Below, piece by piece: positions 37,995 through 48,249 of a stretch of DNA of 64,000 bases. The stretch lies in the sequence record ON528741. One strand, written 5' to 3'. Source of the DNA: Shigella phage ESh31. The position numbers were made by a program, and so were the translations under genes. The notes under the pieces were generated by a model. The model made no database searches. It saw only the letters and a list, made by a program, of their open reading frames with translations, and had not been told where the DNA came from. Within the stretch, counting starts at the first letter, position 1, and each line of letters starts with the position of its first letter.

Positions 37995-38513
37995 ATGGCT
38001 TACTTTAACGAATGTTCACAACTGATTGAAGGCGCTGATAAAGCTCAAAATGAATATTGGGATATTCTCGGTGATGAAAAAGACCCGCTGCAGGTAATGC
38101 TTGACATGCAGAAATCTCTGCAGATTCGTTTAGCTAAAGATAAACCTGAATATAATCGTCATCCTGATGACTTGGCTACTGCCGGTGAAGTTGTTGATTG
38201 GTTGCGTAATCAGAAAGATTATATTGACGATGAATTCCGTGAACTTCTGACTTCTCTTGGTGGTATGAGTAATGGTGAAAAAGACGCATCTGCTGTATGG
38301 AAACCTTGGAAGTCGCAGCATGGTGAACGTCGTGAAACTCTGATTACTGATTTGTCTCCACAAGACCAGTTAGAAATTAAATTTGAAATGATTGATATTC
38401 TTCATTTCGTTCTGAATATGTTCCAGGGTCTTGGTCTTACAGCAGAAGAAATCTTTAAACTTTATTATCTGAAAAATGCCGAGAACTTTGCTCGTCAGGA
38501 CCGAGGTTATTAA
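37995..38513 (+). CDS. 56: dCTPase-dUTPase gp56
   Basis: 172 aa from the internal Met (MAYFNECSQLIEGADKAQNEYWDILGDEKDPLQ...). Confidence 0.85.
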   Translation: MAYFNECSQLIEGADKAQNEYWDILGDEKDPLQVMLDMQKSLQIRLAKDKPEYNRHPDDLATAGEVVDWLRNQKDYIDDEFRELLTSLGGMSNGEKDASAVWKPWKSQHGERRETLITDLSPQDQLEIKFEMIDILHFVLNMFQGLGLTAEEIFKLYYLKNAENFARQDRGY

Positions 38514-38543
38514 CAGCTCGTCTTAAAAGCCGCGAGAATTTAT

Positions 38544-38551
38544 TATAAATA
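38544..38551 (+). promoter_or_regulatory. late promoter TATAAATA upstream of soc
   Basis: Exact TATAAATA about 30 nt upstream of the soc ATG. Confidence 0.5.
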
Positions 38552-38581
38552 ATCATGTAATTTAAATAAAAGGAGAATTAC

Positions 38582-38827
38582 ATGGCTAGTACTCGCGGTT
38601 ATGTTAATATCAAAACATTTGAGCAGAAATTAGATGGAAATAAGAAAATTGAAGGAAAGGAAATTTCCGTAGCTTTCCCTCTTTATTCTGACGTTCATAA
38701 AATTTCTGGTGCTCATTACCAGACATTCCCTTCAGAAAAAGCAGCATATTCTACAGTATATGAAGAAAATCAACGTACTGAATGGATTACTGCAAACGAA
38801 GATTTGTGGAAAGTAACTGGTGAATAA
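38582..38827 (+). CDS. soc: small outer capsid protein Soc
   Basis: 81 aa; matches T4 Soc as I recall it (MASTRGYVNIKTFEQKLDGNKKIEGKEISVAFPLY...). Confidence 0.85.
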   Translation: MASTRGYVNIKTFEQKLDGNKKIEGKEISVAFPLYSDVHKISGAHYQTFPSEKAAYSTVYEENQRTEWITANEDLWKVTGE

Positions 38828-38832
38828 ATTCA

Positions 38833-38857
38833 AGGACTCCTTCGGGAGTCCTTTTTC
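38833..38857 (+). terminator. UUCG tetraloop terminator
   Basis: AAGGACTCC-TTCG-GGAGTCCTT followed by TTTTC. Confidence 0.6.
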
Positions 38858-38922
38858 ATTTAAATGGTTTACATATCAAAATGAGTATGGTATAATAGAA
38901 TTATCTTATAGAGGAGAGCACT

Positions 38923-39129
38923 ATGTTAAATCGTTGGATTAAACCAAATGAAGATTTAGATATTATCATTTCACGGCATGTAATGAAGAAATATGAATTG
39001 CAACCCTGGTCTACAGAAGTTGTTGTGCATTCATTTATGATGCACGCAGATGGGTCTGTTGAATTTAACGCAGAGATTCGATATGATTATGGTGAGAAGC
39101 AGGTCGAATTCAAAAGAGGCTTTTTGTAA
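38923..39129 (+). CDS. hypothetical protein (68 aa)
   Basis: GAGGAGAG RBS. Confidence 0.4.
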   Translation: MLNRWIKPNEDLDIIISRHVMKKYELQPWSTEVVVHSFMMHADGSVEFNAEIRYDYGEKQVEFKRGFL

Positions 39130-39470
39130 TGTTTATCTTTAATTGGTTTAAAAGTTTCTTTACGGATTTTTTCTCTACAACTCCCGGAGAAGGTGTAGTT
39201 CCTATTTCAAATGACTACCTCCCTTTAACTGTAGTTGAATATGTTTATATGGGAGATGGAACAGTAGAAGCAGTTACTATGACTTATGAAGAAGCCCAGG
39301 AATATTATAAAAATCCTTGGCGCTGGTCAACACCTACTACATCATCTAATGCACAGAATACACAGTCTAGTTATGATTCATATGACACCAATGTTCCTGT
39401 TCATGTATGGGCAGGTGATTCATGTGGAAGTTCTTGTGATTCTAGCTGTTCATCTACATCTTGTGATTGA
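39129..39470 (+). CDS. hypothetical protein with Ser/Cys-rich C-terminus
   Basis: 113 aa; C-terminal [18 protein letters not shown]. Confidence 0.4.
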   Translation: MFIFNWFKSFFTDFFSTTPGEGVVPISNDYLPLTVVEYVYMGDGTVEAVTMTYEEAQEYYKNPWRWSTPTTSSNAQNTQSSYDSYDTNVPVHVWAGDSCGSSCDSSCSSTSCD

Positions 39471-39478
39471 GGAAAATT

Positions 39479-39964
39479 ATGGAAGCGATTTTGTTTGAAA
39501 TGTATATTAGCAGTAATAGCATGTCGTTTGCTAAAGATGTTCCAATTACTGTAGCCGTAGTGATTGATAAGGGTTATTGTAACCCTATGTATCTCGTAGA
39601 AAATTTCGTTTCAATGCCAGTTCCAGAAGATGTTGAAATAAAACTTAAAAAGATCGGAATTATTGAAACTGTGCCAAATAGTCCGTTTAGAGCAATTGAA
39701 GCATTTACTAAATCCGAATACATTAATGTTAGCGCAGAACAATATAATGGTAATCCTTTATCTTTTTATTCGTACGATTCAGTATATGACTGGAAAATAA
39801 ATGAAGGAAATAAATTTATAATTGCGAGTGAAGATGCTTTATCATACTTTATTTATTATGTATGGAATAATTTAAATCCAAAATTGCTAAAAATTCATGA
39901 ATTTGACGATGCTCCTACTATTGTTTTAGGTAAAACAAATGAAAGTTCTGAAGAAAATGCTTGA
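39479..39964 (+). CDS. mrh: Mrh-like protein (161 aa)
   Basis: Start at the internal Met after GAGGAAAAT; length and position (soc side of modA/modB) match T4 mrh. Confidence 0.4.
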   Translation: MEAILFEMYISSNSMSFAKDVPITVAVVIDKGYCNPMYLVENFVSMPVPEDVEIKLKKIGIIETVPNSPFRAIEAFTKSEYINVSAEQYNGNPLSFYSYDSVYDWKINEGNKFIIASEDALSYFIYYVWNNLNPKLLKIHEFDDAPTIVLGKTNESSEENA

Positions 39965-40142
39965 ATGGTTCAGTAGACCAAACTCAATGTACATTGATGA
40001 TGGTTGGGTTGAACAAGCAAATAAAGAAATGCAGAACGAATCAGAAGAATGGATGAAATCAATGATTAGTGCTGAGAAAGAAAAGAAATTAGAGCGCTCA
40101 GCGCTTAAATTGATGAGAGACATCTATGGTGATAAATCATGA
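39957..40142 (+). CDS. hypothetical protein (61 aa)
   Basis: Internal Met overlapping the upstream stop. Confidence 0.3.
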   Translation: MLEWFSRPNSMYIDDGWVEQANKEMQNESEEWMKSMISAEKEKKLERSALKLMRDIYGDKS

Positions 40143-40298
40143 CCAAAGATATGACGTTAGAAGAGGCAAAGGCTAAAGCAAATGAAGCCTTGGATTTGCT
40201 TCTTAAAATTGGCAGTAAAATGATGGAAGAAAATGAAAAATACATTCAGGAAAATAAAATTCCTGACGGTCCATTAGTAGGCAAAAGGAAATCACATG
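40138..40298 (+). CDS. hypothetical small protein (53 aa)
   Basis: ATGA-overlapped ORF below the track cutoff. Confidence 0.3.
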
Positions 40299-40766
40299 AT
40301 TGAAGTAGCAAAACATTATTCAATAGAATTTATGTCCAAAGAAGGTAAATCAGTAAATACACTTGATAAAAAGTGCTCATTAATTATTCCTTTAGCAGAA
40401 AATCCGGATCTTTTAATTAAAGATATAAAAGAAAGAAAATATCCAGAAAATGTTATTCTAATTATAAAGCATACTGAAGATATTTTGCAGAATACAGATT
40501 CACCATTTTCTTCTTCCGAAGCTTTAACTATTAAAGGCTATAAAAGAGCTCATGAATACGGTCTTTTTGACATGTTTGAAGACGATAAAGTTAAATTAGC
40601 GAGTCAACCTTCTAAAAGTAAAACATTCATTATTGAAGATATTAAAGATATAAATGCATTTGTTAAGATGATCTGGGCTCATTTTGATGTTGGACTACGC
40701 TGGAGAATGTCCGAAGAAGAAAGAAAGATTGTTGAAGCTAATCGTCAATTTGGTTTTTATCGCTAG
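40296..40766 (+). CDS. hypothetical protein (156 aa)
   Basis: ORF in the mod region. Confidence 0.4.
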   Translation: MIEVAKHYSIEFMSKEGKSVNTLDKKCSLIIPLAENPDLLIKDIKERKYPENVILIIKHTEDILQNTDSPFSSSEALTIKGYKRAHEYGLFDMFEDDKVKLASQPSKSKTFIIEDIKDINAFVKMIWAHFDVGLRWRMSEEERKIVEANRQFGFYR

Positions 40767-40774
40767 GAATTAAT

Positions 40775-40957
40775 ATGGATTTATTTGAGATGTTAGAAGA
40801 TAATCATTCTACGAATAACCAGAATGATTCTAGTGATTATAAGAAAGAGTACCGTATAGTATTACAGAATTATGGAATTGAAGCCCCAGATGCTCTTCTA
40901 GAAGAACTAGCTTCATACCATCTTGACCCTCCGCCTTGGGCTCCCTGGGCAAAATAA
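40775..40957 (+). CDS. hypothetical acidic protein (60 aa)
   Basis: ORF upstream of modB. Confidence 0.3.
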   Translation: MDLFEMLEDNHSTNNQNDSSDYKKEYRIVLQNYGIEAPDALLEELASYHLDPPPWAPWAK

Positions 40958-41024
40958 TTCAAAAAGTTGTTTACTTTCCTTTCTAACGATGATATGATAG
41001 CTTCTGAAGTATACGGAGGCTATC

Positions 41025-41648
41025 ATGATTATTAATCCTACAGATGTTGAACAGTTATCTATAAAAGCTGAAAGCGTTGATTTTCAATATGATATGTATA
41101 AAAAAGTCTGTGAAAAATTTACTGACTTTGAGCAGTCTGTTCTTTGGCAATGTATGGAAGCCAAAAAGAATGAAGCTCTTCATCGGCAATTGAATAAAAT
41201 CATTAAAAAGCATTTAACTAAATCGCCTTATCAGTTATATCGTGGTATATCAAAATCGACAAAAGAACTTATTAAAGATTTACAAGTTGGAGAAGTGTTT
41301 TCAACGAACAGGGTAGATTCATTTACTACTAGTTTGCATACAGCGTGTTCTTTTTCTTATGCTGAATATTTCACTGAAACAATACTTCGTTTAAAAACTG
41401 ATAAAGCTTTTAATTACTCTGACCATATCAGCGATATTATACTTTCTTCTCCTAATACTGAGTTTAAGTATACATATGAAGATACTGATGGGTTAGATTC
41501 AGAGCGTACTGATAACTTAATGATGATTGTGCATGAACAAGAATGGATGATTCCAATTGGAAAGTATAGAATAACTTCTATTTCAAAAGAAAAATTACAC
41601 GATTCATTTGGAACATTTAAAGTTTATGATATTGAGGTAGTTGAATGA
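41025..41648 (+). CDS. modB: ADP-ribosyltransferase ModB
   Basis: 207 aa; R-S-ExE type motifs (LYRG, FTTSL, EQEWMIP); length matches T4 ModB. Confidence 0.6.
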   Translation: MIINPTDVEQLSIKAESVDFQYDMYKKVCEKFTDFEQSVLWQCMEAKKNEALHRQLNKIIKKHLTKSPYQLYRGISKSTKELIKDLQVGEVFSTNRVDSFTTSLHTACSFSYAEYFTETILRLKTDKAFNYSDHISDIILSSPNTEFKYTYEDTDGLDSERTDNLMMIVHEQEWMIPIGKYRITSISKEKLHDSFGTFKVYDIEVVE

Positions 41649-42247
41649 AATACTCAATAATGCAACTAAAAGATTTTAAAATAAAATCAATGGATGCATC
41701 GGTGCGTGCTTCTATTCGTGAAGAATTACTTTCTGAAGGGTTTAATTTATCTGAAATTGAACTTTTAATTCATTGTATTACTAATAAGCCAGATGACCAT
41801 ACTTGGTTAAATGAAATAATCAAATCTCGTTTGGTTCCAAACGATAAACCTCTTTGGAGAGGTGTTCCAGTCGAGACTAAACAAATATTAAATCAAGGAA
41901 TTGATATTATTACATTTGATAAAGTAGTATCAGCTTCATATGATAAAAATATAGCTCTACATTTTGCTTCCGGTTTAGAGTATAACACACAAGTTATTTT
42001 TGAATTCAAAGCTCCTATGGTATTCAATTTCCAGGAGTATGCTATAAAAGCTCTACGCTGCAAAGAATATAATCCAAACTTTAAGTTTCCGGATAGCCAT
42101 CGCTATCGTAATATGGAATTAGTTTCAGATGAACAAGAAGTAATGATACCAGCTGGAAGTGTATTTAGAATTGCAGATAGATATGAGTATAAAAAGTATT
42201 CAACATACACTATCTATACTCTTGATTTTGAAGGATTTAATCTATAA
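41645..42247 (+). CDS. modA: ADP-ribosyltransferase ModA
   Basis: 200 aa; paralogue of the preceding ORF (LWRG, SASYD, EQEVMIP). Confidence 0.6.
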   Translation: MKYSIMQLKDFKIKSMDASVRASIREELLSEGFNLSEIELLIHCITNKPDDHTWLNEIIKSRLVPNDKPLWRGVPVETKQILNQGIDIITFDKVVSASYDKNIALHFASGLEYNTQVIFEFKAPMVFNFQEYAIKALRCKEYNPNFKFPDSHRYRNMELVSDEQEVMIPAGSVFRIADRYEYKKYSTYTIYTLDFEGFNL

Positions 42248-42370
42248 TGGAAGGACTTAGATTCATTATACCATGAAATTTTTAAAGCATTTTTACATAA
42301 AGTTGTTTACAAGTTAAAGTAAAAATGTTATAGTATAAGTAGTTAACCGTCCGTAAGATGTGAGAAAAAT

Positions 42371-43117
42371 ATGAAGCTGTCTAATAACCAAATTCGTAAA
42401 ATTAAACGTCGTTTAGAGCATACTCAGGCATCTGCAAAAAGACGTTCTAAAGATTTTAACTTAGACTTCAATTACATTAAGAACATTTTAGATCAGAAAG
42501 TTTGTGCTTACTCGGGAGAACCTTTTGATAATCGTATTGAAGGAGAGAAATTATCATTAGAACGTTTTGATAATAACGTTGGATACATTAAAGGGAATGT
42601 TATTGCAGTAAAGAAAAAGTATAATACATTTCGTTCTGATTATACTTTAGAGGAGTTAATTGAAAAACGTGATTTGTTTGCTTTGCGAATTGGTCGTTCA
42701 TCTGCGAAAAAAGTTCATAAACTAAATTTAGATGAAAAGAAATGGGCTAAAATCAAAAAGACTTATAATCAAATTAAAGCTATACAGAAAAAACGTGAAA
42801 ACCGAATTGAACACATTTCTCAGCTTTCTAAATCAAAACAGACCTCTGACATTAAGCTAAGAATTATAGCACTTAAAGCTCGTATTGATGGTTCTCGTAT
42901 AGCAGAAGGCGCTGAAGTTGTTAAATTGAACGTTCTTCTTAAAGGCTCGGATTGGAAAACTGTGAAAAAGTTGTCAGAAGCAGAAATGCAATATGATATG
43001 TGTGATAAAATTATTCAAGGTGTAGAGCGGTATCAAAACTTGTCTTTTATTGATAAACTTAAACTGAAAAGAGGATATCCGCTGAATTGTTCAATTTTTA
43101 AACTTATCCGAGGATAA
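42371..43117 (+). CDS. srd: Srd-like protein (248 aa)
   Basis: Length and position between modA and dda match T4 srd; contains a degenerate HNH-like segment. Confidence 0.4.
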   Translation: MKLSNNQIRKIKRRLEHTQASAKRRSKDFNLDFNYIKNILDQKVCAYSGEPFDNRIEGEKLSLERFDNNVGYIKGNVIAVKKKYNTFRSDYTLEELIEKRDLFALRIGRSSAKKVHKLNLDEKKWAKIKKTYNQIKAIQKKRENRIEHISQLSKSKQTSDIKLRIIALKARIDGSRIAEGAEVVKLNVLLKGSDWKTVKKLSEAEMQYDMCDKIIQGVERYQNLSFIDKLKLKRGYPLNCSIFKLIRG

Positions 43118-43118
43118 T

Positions 43119-43430
43119 ATGGTTTATGTATATGCGATAGTTTACCGAGACAAAGACGGATTTACGGCGCCAGTTCCGCTTGATGAACATCGTCCTGCTG
43201 TATTTTTTGAATGGAATATTGCTGATAAAGTATTTACTACTCTTAAAGAGCAGTATCGATTAGCTTTAGGTAAGGGAATTCCAAGATTAGTTGAGACTCC
43301 ACGCAAGTTTTGGTTTAATAAAATAGAAGTTAAACATGTTAAGCCTGACGTAGACACACAAAGATTATATCAGCGAATTTTAGATACTGGGCGTATTGTT
43401 AGTATTCCAATTGCAGGGACTTTCCGATGA
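43119..43430 (+). CDS. hypothetical protein (103 aa, dda.1 position)
   Basis: ORF immediately upstream of dda with ATGA overlap. Confidence 0.4.
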   Translation: MVYVYAIVYRDKDGFTAPVPLDEHRPAVFFEWNIADKVFTTLKEQYRLALGKGIPRLVETPRKFWFNKIEVKHVKPDVDTQRLYQRILDTGRIVSIPIAGTFR

Positions 43431-44746
43431 CATTTGATGATTTGACCGAAGGCCAGAAAAATGCCTTTAACATTGTTATGAGGGCTATTAAAGAAAAGAA
43501 ACACCATGTAACTATTAATGGACCTGCTGGTACTGGTAAGACTACTCTTACTAAGTTCATCATTGAAGCTTTAATATCAACAGGCGAAACTGGTATCATT
43601 TTGGCAGCTCCTACACATGCAGCTAAAAAGATTCTTTCAAAACTGTCGGGGAAAGAAGCGAGTACTATTCACAGTATTCTTAAAATTAACCAAGTTACGT
43701 ATGAAGAAAACGTTCTTTTTGAACAGAAGGAAGTACCAGATTTAGCTAAATGCAGGGTATTAATCTGCGACGAAGTGTCAATGTATGATAGAAAGCTATT
43801 TAAAATTCTGCTTTCAACTATTCCACCTTGGTGTACTATAATTGGAATAGGGGATAATAAGCAAATTAGACCTGTTGATCCAGGAGAAAATACTGCTTAT
43901 ATCAGTCCATTCTTTACACACAAAGATTTTTATCAGTGTGAACTTACTGAAGTTAAACGCAGTAATGCTCCTATTATTGATGTAGCTACTGATGTTCGCA
44001 ACGGTAAGTGGATTTATGATAAAGTTGTTGACGGGCATGGAGTACGTGGATTTACAGGTGATACCGCTTTACGCGATTTTATGGTAAATTATTTTTCAAT
44101 CGTCAAATCTCTAGATGATTTGTTTGAAAATCGCGTAATGGCATTTACGAATAAATCTGTTGACAAGTTAAATAGCATTATTCGTAAAAAGATTTTTGAA
44201 ACTGATAAAGATTTTATTGTAGGTGAAATTATTGTAATGCAGGAACCATTAATTAAAACATATAAAATTGATGGAAAGCCTGTATCAGAAATTATTTTTA
44301 ATAATGGACAATTAGTTCGTATTATAGAAGCAGAGTATACATCGACGTTTGTTAAAGCTCGTGGTGTTCCTGGAGAATACTTAATTCGTCATTGGGATTT
44401 AACAGTAGAAACTTACGGCGATGATGAATATTATCGTGAAAAGATTAAAATAATTTCATCTGATGAAGAGCTATATAAGTTTAACCTATTTTTAGGTAAA
44501 ACGGCAGAAACTTATAAAAATTGGAACAAAGGCGGAAAAGCTCCGTGGAGTGATTTTTGGGATGCTAAATCACAGTTTAGTAAAGTGAAAGCACTTCCTG
44601 CATCAACATTCCATAAAGCTCAGGGCATGTCTGTAGACCGTGCTTTCATTTATACGCCTTGTATTCATTATGCAGATGCTGAATTGGCTCAACAACTTCT
44701 TTATGTTGGTGTTACCCGTGGTCGTTATGACGTATTTTATGTGTGA
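43427..44746 (+). CDS. dda: DNA helicase Dda (SF1B)
   Basis: 439 aa; Walker A GPAGTGKTT; near-identical to T4 Dda as I recall it. Confidence 0.9.
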   Translation: MTFDDLTEGQKNAFNIVMRAIKEKKHHVTINGPAGTGKTTLTKFIIEALISTGETGIILAAPTHAAKKILSKLSGKEASTIHSILKINQVTYEENVLFEQKEVPDLAKCRVLICDEVSMYDRKLFKILLSTIPPWCTIIGIGDNKQIRPVDPGENTAYISPFFTHKDFYQCELTEVKRSNAPIIDVATDVRNGKWIYDKVVDGHGVRGFTGDTALRDFMVNYFSIVKSLDDLFENRVMAFTNKSVDKLNSIIRKKIFETDKDFIVGEIIVMQEPLIKTYKIDGKPVSEIIFNNGQLVRIIEAEYTSTFVKARGVPGEYLIRHWDLTVETYGDDEYYREKIKIISSDEELYKFNLFLGKTAETYKNWNKGGKAPWSDFWDAKSQFSKVKALPASTFHKAQGMSVDRAFIYTPCIHYADAELAQQLLYVGVTRGRYDVFYV

Positions 44747-44752
44747 GGCTAT

Positions 44753-45013
44753 ATGATTAACATCAATTCAAAATATTTAAATCGTCTAATAGATGGTATA
44801 AGGAAGCATACTAATAAGCAAGATAATCTTAATGTTATGGTAACAGGAGCTGAGCTCCTTCATAAGCTTTATCTTATAAGTGATACTATATTAGCAATTA
44901 AACGAATTGAAAAACAATCATATCACAGTAATACAGATACGGTAATTACACTAGATGAAAGTGTCTGTAAATTACTAATTAAATTTGAGGAAGCTATTCG
45001 TGGAAATAACTAA
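44753..45013 (+). CDS. small paralogous protein, copy 1 (dexA.x family)
   Basis: 86 aa; first of three similar small ORFs. Confidence 0.4.
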   Translation: MININSKYLNRLIDGIRKHTNKQDNLNVMVTGAELLHKLYLISDTILAIKRIEKQSYHSNTDTVITLDESVCKLLIKFEEAIRGNN

Positions 45014-45245
45014 AGATCAGTTTTATCTTCTTCAGGATAAAGTTAGCGAAATTTATGAAATTGCTCATGGTAAAAATCGTGAAACTGTAAAAATTGAATC
45101 TAGTAAGTTGATGCTTCAATTAGAAGAAATTGAACGAGATTTAATTGCGTTAGAATTCTTTTGTGGTGAAGTGAAAACTGTTACAATCAATGATTACGTT
45201 TTAGGCGAAATTAGCTATCTTTATGAGGCGATTATTAATGATTGA
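44985..45245 (+). CDS. small paralogous protein, copy 2
   Basis: Shares LQLEEIERDL / VTINDYVLGEI motifs with copy 3; start may be GTG 45000. Confidence 0.4.
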   Translation: MRKLFVEITKDQFYLLQDKVSEIYEIAHGKNRETVKIESSKLMLQLEEIERDLIALEFFCGEVKTVTINDYVLGEISYLYEAIIND

Positions 45246-45480
45246 ATTAAGTTGGTACCAGTTTAAATCTCTTATGACAAATGTTAAAGCTGTCATTCAA
45301 GAAAATCCAGGACCTGATAATGTTACTATTCGCGAAAAAGCTTCAAAGATAGTATACAGTCTTGAAGAGATACAAAAAGATATTGAATCTATGGCAAAAT
45401 TTATTGATGAGCCTATTAATAAAGTTTATATTCAAGACTATACTGTAGGCCAAATTCGCGATTTAGCGAGGAAAGTTTAA
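45238..45480 (+). CDS. small paralogous protein, copy 3
   Basis: YSLEEIQKDI / VYIQDYTVGQI motifs parallel copy 2. Confidence 0.4.
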   Translation: MIELSWYQFKSLMTNVKAVIQENPGPDNVTIREKASKIVYSLEEIQKDIESMAKFIDEPINKVYIQDYTVGQIRDLARKV

Positions 45481-46163
45481 TGTTTGATTTTATTATAGAT
45501 TTTGAAACAATGGGAAGTGGTGAAAAAGCAGCTGTTATTGATTTGGCTGTAATTGCTTTTGACCCTAACCCAGAAGTAGTTGAATCATTCGATGAACTAG
45601 TTTCACGTGGCATTAAAATCAAATTTGATTTAAAAAGCCAAAAAGGACATCGTCTTTTTACTAAAAGCACTATCGAATGGTGGAAAAATCAGTCTCCTGA
45701 AGCTCGAAAAAATATTGCACCATCCGATGAAGATGTAAGCACCATTGATGGTATTGCAAAATTCAACGATTACATCAATGCACATAATATCGATCCTTGG
45801 AAATCTCAAGGCTGGTGCCGTGGAATGTCGTTTGATTTTCCAATTTTAGTCGATCTCATTCGCGATATTCAACGTCTTAATGGCGTTTCCGAGAATGAGC
45901 TTGATACATTTAAGTTAGAACCATGTAAATTCTGGAATCAGCGTGATATTCGTACCAGAATTGAAGCACTTCTGCTTGTTCGTGATATGACCACATGTCC
46001 TCTTCCAAAAGGAACTTTAGATGGATTCGTTGCACATGATTCTATTCATGACTGTGCGAAAGACATCCTGATGATGAAGTACGCTTTACGCTATGCTATG
46101 GGTCTTGAAGATGCTCCGTCAGAGGAAGAGTGCGATCCTCTATCTCTTCCAACAAAACGATAA
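45480..46163 (+). CDS. dexA: exonuclease A (DEDD family)
   Basis: 227 aa; N-terminal DFETMG motif; matches T4 DexA. Confidence 0.85.
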   Translation: MFDFIIDFETMGSGEKAAVIDLAVIAFDPNPEVVESFDELVSRGIKIKFDLKSQKGHRLFTKSTIEWWKNQSPEARKNIAPSDEDVSTIDGIAKFNDYINAHNIDPWKSQGWCRGMSFDFPILVDLIRDIQRLNGVSENELDTFKLEPCKFWNQRDIRTRIEALLLVRDMTTCPLPKGTLDGFVAHDSIHDCAKDILMMKYALRYAMGLEDAPSEEECDPLSLPTKR

Positions 46164-46169
46164 AAAGTT

Positions 46170-46226
46170 GTTTACTTCCTCGGTTAGTTGTGGTACTATA
46201 ACACCATAGCTACTGAGGATAATAAA
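46170..46226 (+). promoter_or_regulatory. early promoter/leader cassette (PeSL-like variant)
   Basis: GTTTAC -35, GTGGTACTATAAC -10 region, GAGG RBS. Confidence 0.45.
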
Positions 46227-46739
46227 ATGAAAATTTATCGTGTTGAATCATCGTTTAGCGCATTAAATGATGATAGTGGTATAATGAAAATTAGGCAAGA
46301 GTTATGCGTTCAATCAACTCCTTATCGTGGATTTGATTCTATGAAAACTCGAACTTGGCTAAAATTTTGCGGTATTAATTCATCGTCATTTCATCATCAT
46401 AGCGATAATTATGAAAGCCATGAAAGTATTCCTATTCCACACGATGATAAGTTATTAGTTGAAAATGCTAATGATGTTATTAAAACTAAATGGAATAAAG
46501 ATTATTCACGAATTGAAAATTATATTCCATTGTGGTTTATTGCATTATATCATTTTGCTTTCGCTAGTGAATATGATATGATGAGATGGTTCACTCGAGA
46601 AGAGCGTGAAGACTTAAAAGAACGTGGAATGTACATTGCGATTTATGAAGTGCCAGATGACCAAGTTATCATTGGCGGACATCAAGTAATGTTCCGCAAA
46701 TCACACGCCGAATTAAAAGGCTTTATTACCTTAGATTAA
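46227..46739 (+). CDS. hypothetical protein (170 aa)
   Basis: Start at the internal Met after GAGGATAAT. Confidence 0.4.
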   Translation: MKIYRVESSFSALNDDSGIMKIRQELCVQSTPYRGFDSMKTRTWLKFCGINSSSFHHHSDNYESHESIPIPHDDKLLVENANDVIKTKWNKDYSRIENYIPLWFIALYHFAFASEYDMMRWFTREEREDLKERGMYIAIYEVPDDQVIIGGHQVMFRKSHAELKGFITLD

Positions 46740-46751
46740 GGGGAAAACATC

Positions 46752-47246
46752 ATGAATATCAGTACTACAGCTACTTACATCCTGAAAGACGAAAAGCAAA
46801 TCAACTGGTATGGTGCTTCAGTGCGAGCTTATGAAAAGTTTTGTGAAATTTTAGGCGCCACTCAAGGTAATAGTTTCACTATTGTTAACTTCATCAAACA
46901 AGCTGAAGGCCCTTGGTTATTCTTAGAAATTAAAAATTCATACGGTACAATTTCTACTACCGCCCTTCCAAGCACCGACTTTGAACTGTTGATTGAAGAA
47001 GTAGAACCCGTTAAAGACATCTGTATTGATATGGATATCGCTTGTATGTACGGTACTCTGGTTAAGCCTATTGAGCCTACTGATTTGTTGTGTAAAGCTG
47101 TTTCAATTCGACGTCCGTTCGCAGGTCCAGTGAGTGGATGGGTAACTGATCAGTGGATTGAAGACGGTGTTGAACTTCTGAACGTTGTTCATGCAGGTGA
47201 TTTTAGTGTAGTTCCACGTAGTGCAGTAATTAATATCCTTAATTAA
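46752..47246 (+). CDS. paralogous protein A with conserved C-terminal domain
   Basis: 164 aa; C-terminal WVTDQWIEDGVELLNVVHAGDFSVVP. Confidence 0.45.
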   Translation: MNISTTATYILKDEKQINWYGASVRAYEKFCEILGATQGNSFTIVNFIKQAEGPWLFLEIKNSYGTISTTALPSTDFELLIEEVEPVKDICIDMDIACMYGTLVKPIEPTDLLCKAVSIRRPFAGPVSGWVTDQWIEDGVELLNVVHAGDFSVVPRSAVINILN

Positions 47247-47318
47247 GTTTACTTTATAGAGAGCCTGTTATAATGGCTCTCATGGAGAATAAATCTTAAC
47301 AACAAAGAGAGAAAAATT

Positions 47319-47792
47319 ATGATTACTATCGGTGAAATTAAGCGTGTATCGTCTGCATCTCGTTCTAAAGCTGCAGGTCGTCTAGTTGAAGTGGTAGGAC
47401 TTCGTACTAATGGTACTGGTCGTGTTATAGAAGTTAAAGTTCGAATCATTCCTAGTTCTGGAAAAACTGAAACTCAGTACGCTTACGTAAGTCCTAAATT
47501 TCTGGAAACTCGTGTTAGCTCTCATTTTGCTTCTGTTGAAGAAGTTGAATCCACTGAGTCTAATGCACAATTTAAATGGGCGTTGTGTAAAGGCGTTGAA
47601 TTTGTAACTGATGAAGAATTCGATTATATTGATGATTTCGCTGGTCCAAGTAAAACTGATAGGATGTGTGGCTTCATCACAGACCAATGGGTTGAAGATG
47701 GTGAAAAGCTCTACAATATCGTATTCTTAGGTGACTTCCGGGTTGTTGAAGAATCTGAAATCACTCGTTATGCTTCTCCTCGTAAAGCTTAA
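47319..47792 (+). CDS. paralogous protein B with conserved C-terminal domain
   Basis: 157 aa; C-terminal FITDQWVEDGEKLYNIVFLGDFRVVE. Confidence 0.45.
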   Translation: MITIGEIKRVSSASRSKAAGRLVEVVGLRTNGTGRVIEVKVRIIPSSGKTETQYAYVSPKFLETRVSSHFASVEEVESTESNAQFKWALCKGVEFVTDEEFDYIDDFAGPSKTDRMCGFITDQWVEDGEKLYNIVFLGDFRVVEESEITRYASPRKA

Positions 47793-47801
47793 GGAATTAT
47801 T

Positions 47802-48221
47802 ATGAATATTGCAAATCTCTCTACTGGTGATTACGTATATGTATCCGTTGATTCTCGTTCTAAAGTTGCAGGAAAGCTGGTTGAAGTTCTTTCTGTAAGT
47901 GATCCAGTTTTTGGTCGTAACGAGGTTAAAGTTCGTGACGCTGATGGTAACATTGGTTATGTCTCAAGTCAGTTCATTGAGCCAGAAGAAAGCGCATTTA
48001 AATGGAAACTTTGTTCTTCAGTTTTAGTTGTAAAAGACCATAAATTCACAATTGCGGCGGCAACAGATGGAACTCCATGGACAACGAATCAAGTCGCTGG
48101 TTTTATTTCGGACCGTTGGGTAGAAGATGGTGTCAAGCTCTACAATATTGTTTTTGCAGGCCAGTTCATGGTAGTTCCTGAATTCCAAATTAAAAAATGG
48201 TGCGAAGCAGCTTTAGCATAA
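47802..48221 (+). CDS. paralogous protein C with conserved C-terminal domain
   Basis: 139 aa; C-terminal FISDRWVEDGVKLYNIVFAGQFMVVP. Confidence 0.45.
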   Translation: MNIANLSTGDYVYVSVDSRSKVAGKLVEVLSVSDPVFGRNEVKVRDADGNIGYVSSQFIEPEESAFKWKLCSSVLVVKDHKFTIAAATDGTPWTTNQVAGFISDRWVEDGVKLYNIVFAGQFMVVPEFQIKKWCEAALA

Positions 48222-48249
48222 ATTTGCATAAAGTTTAAAATTTTTTCAT

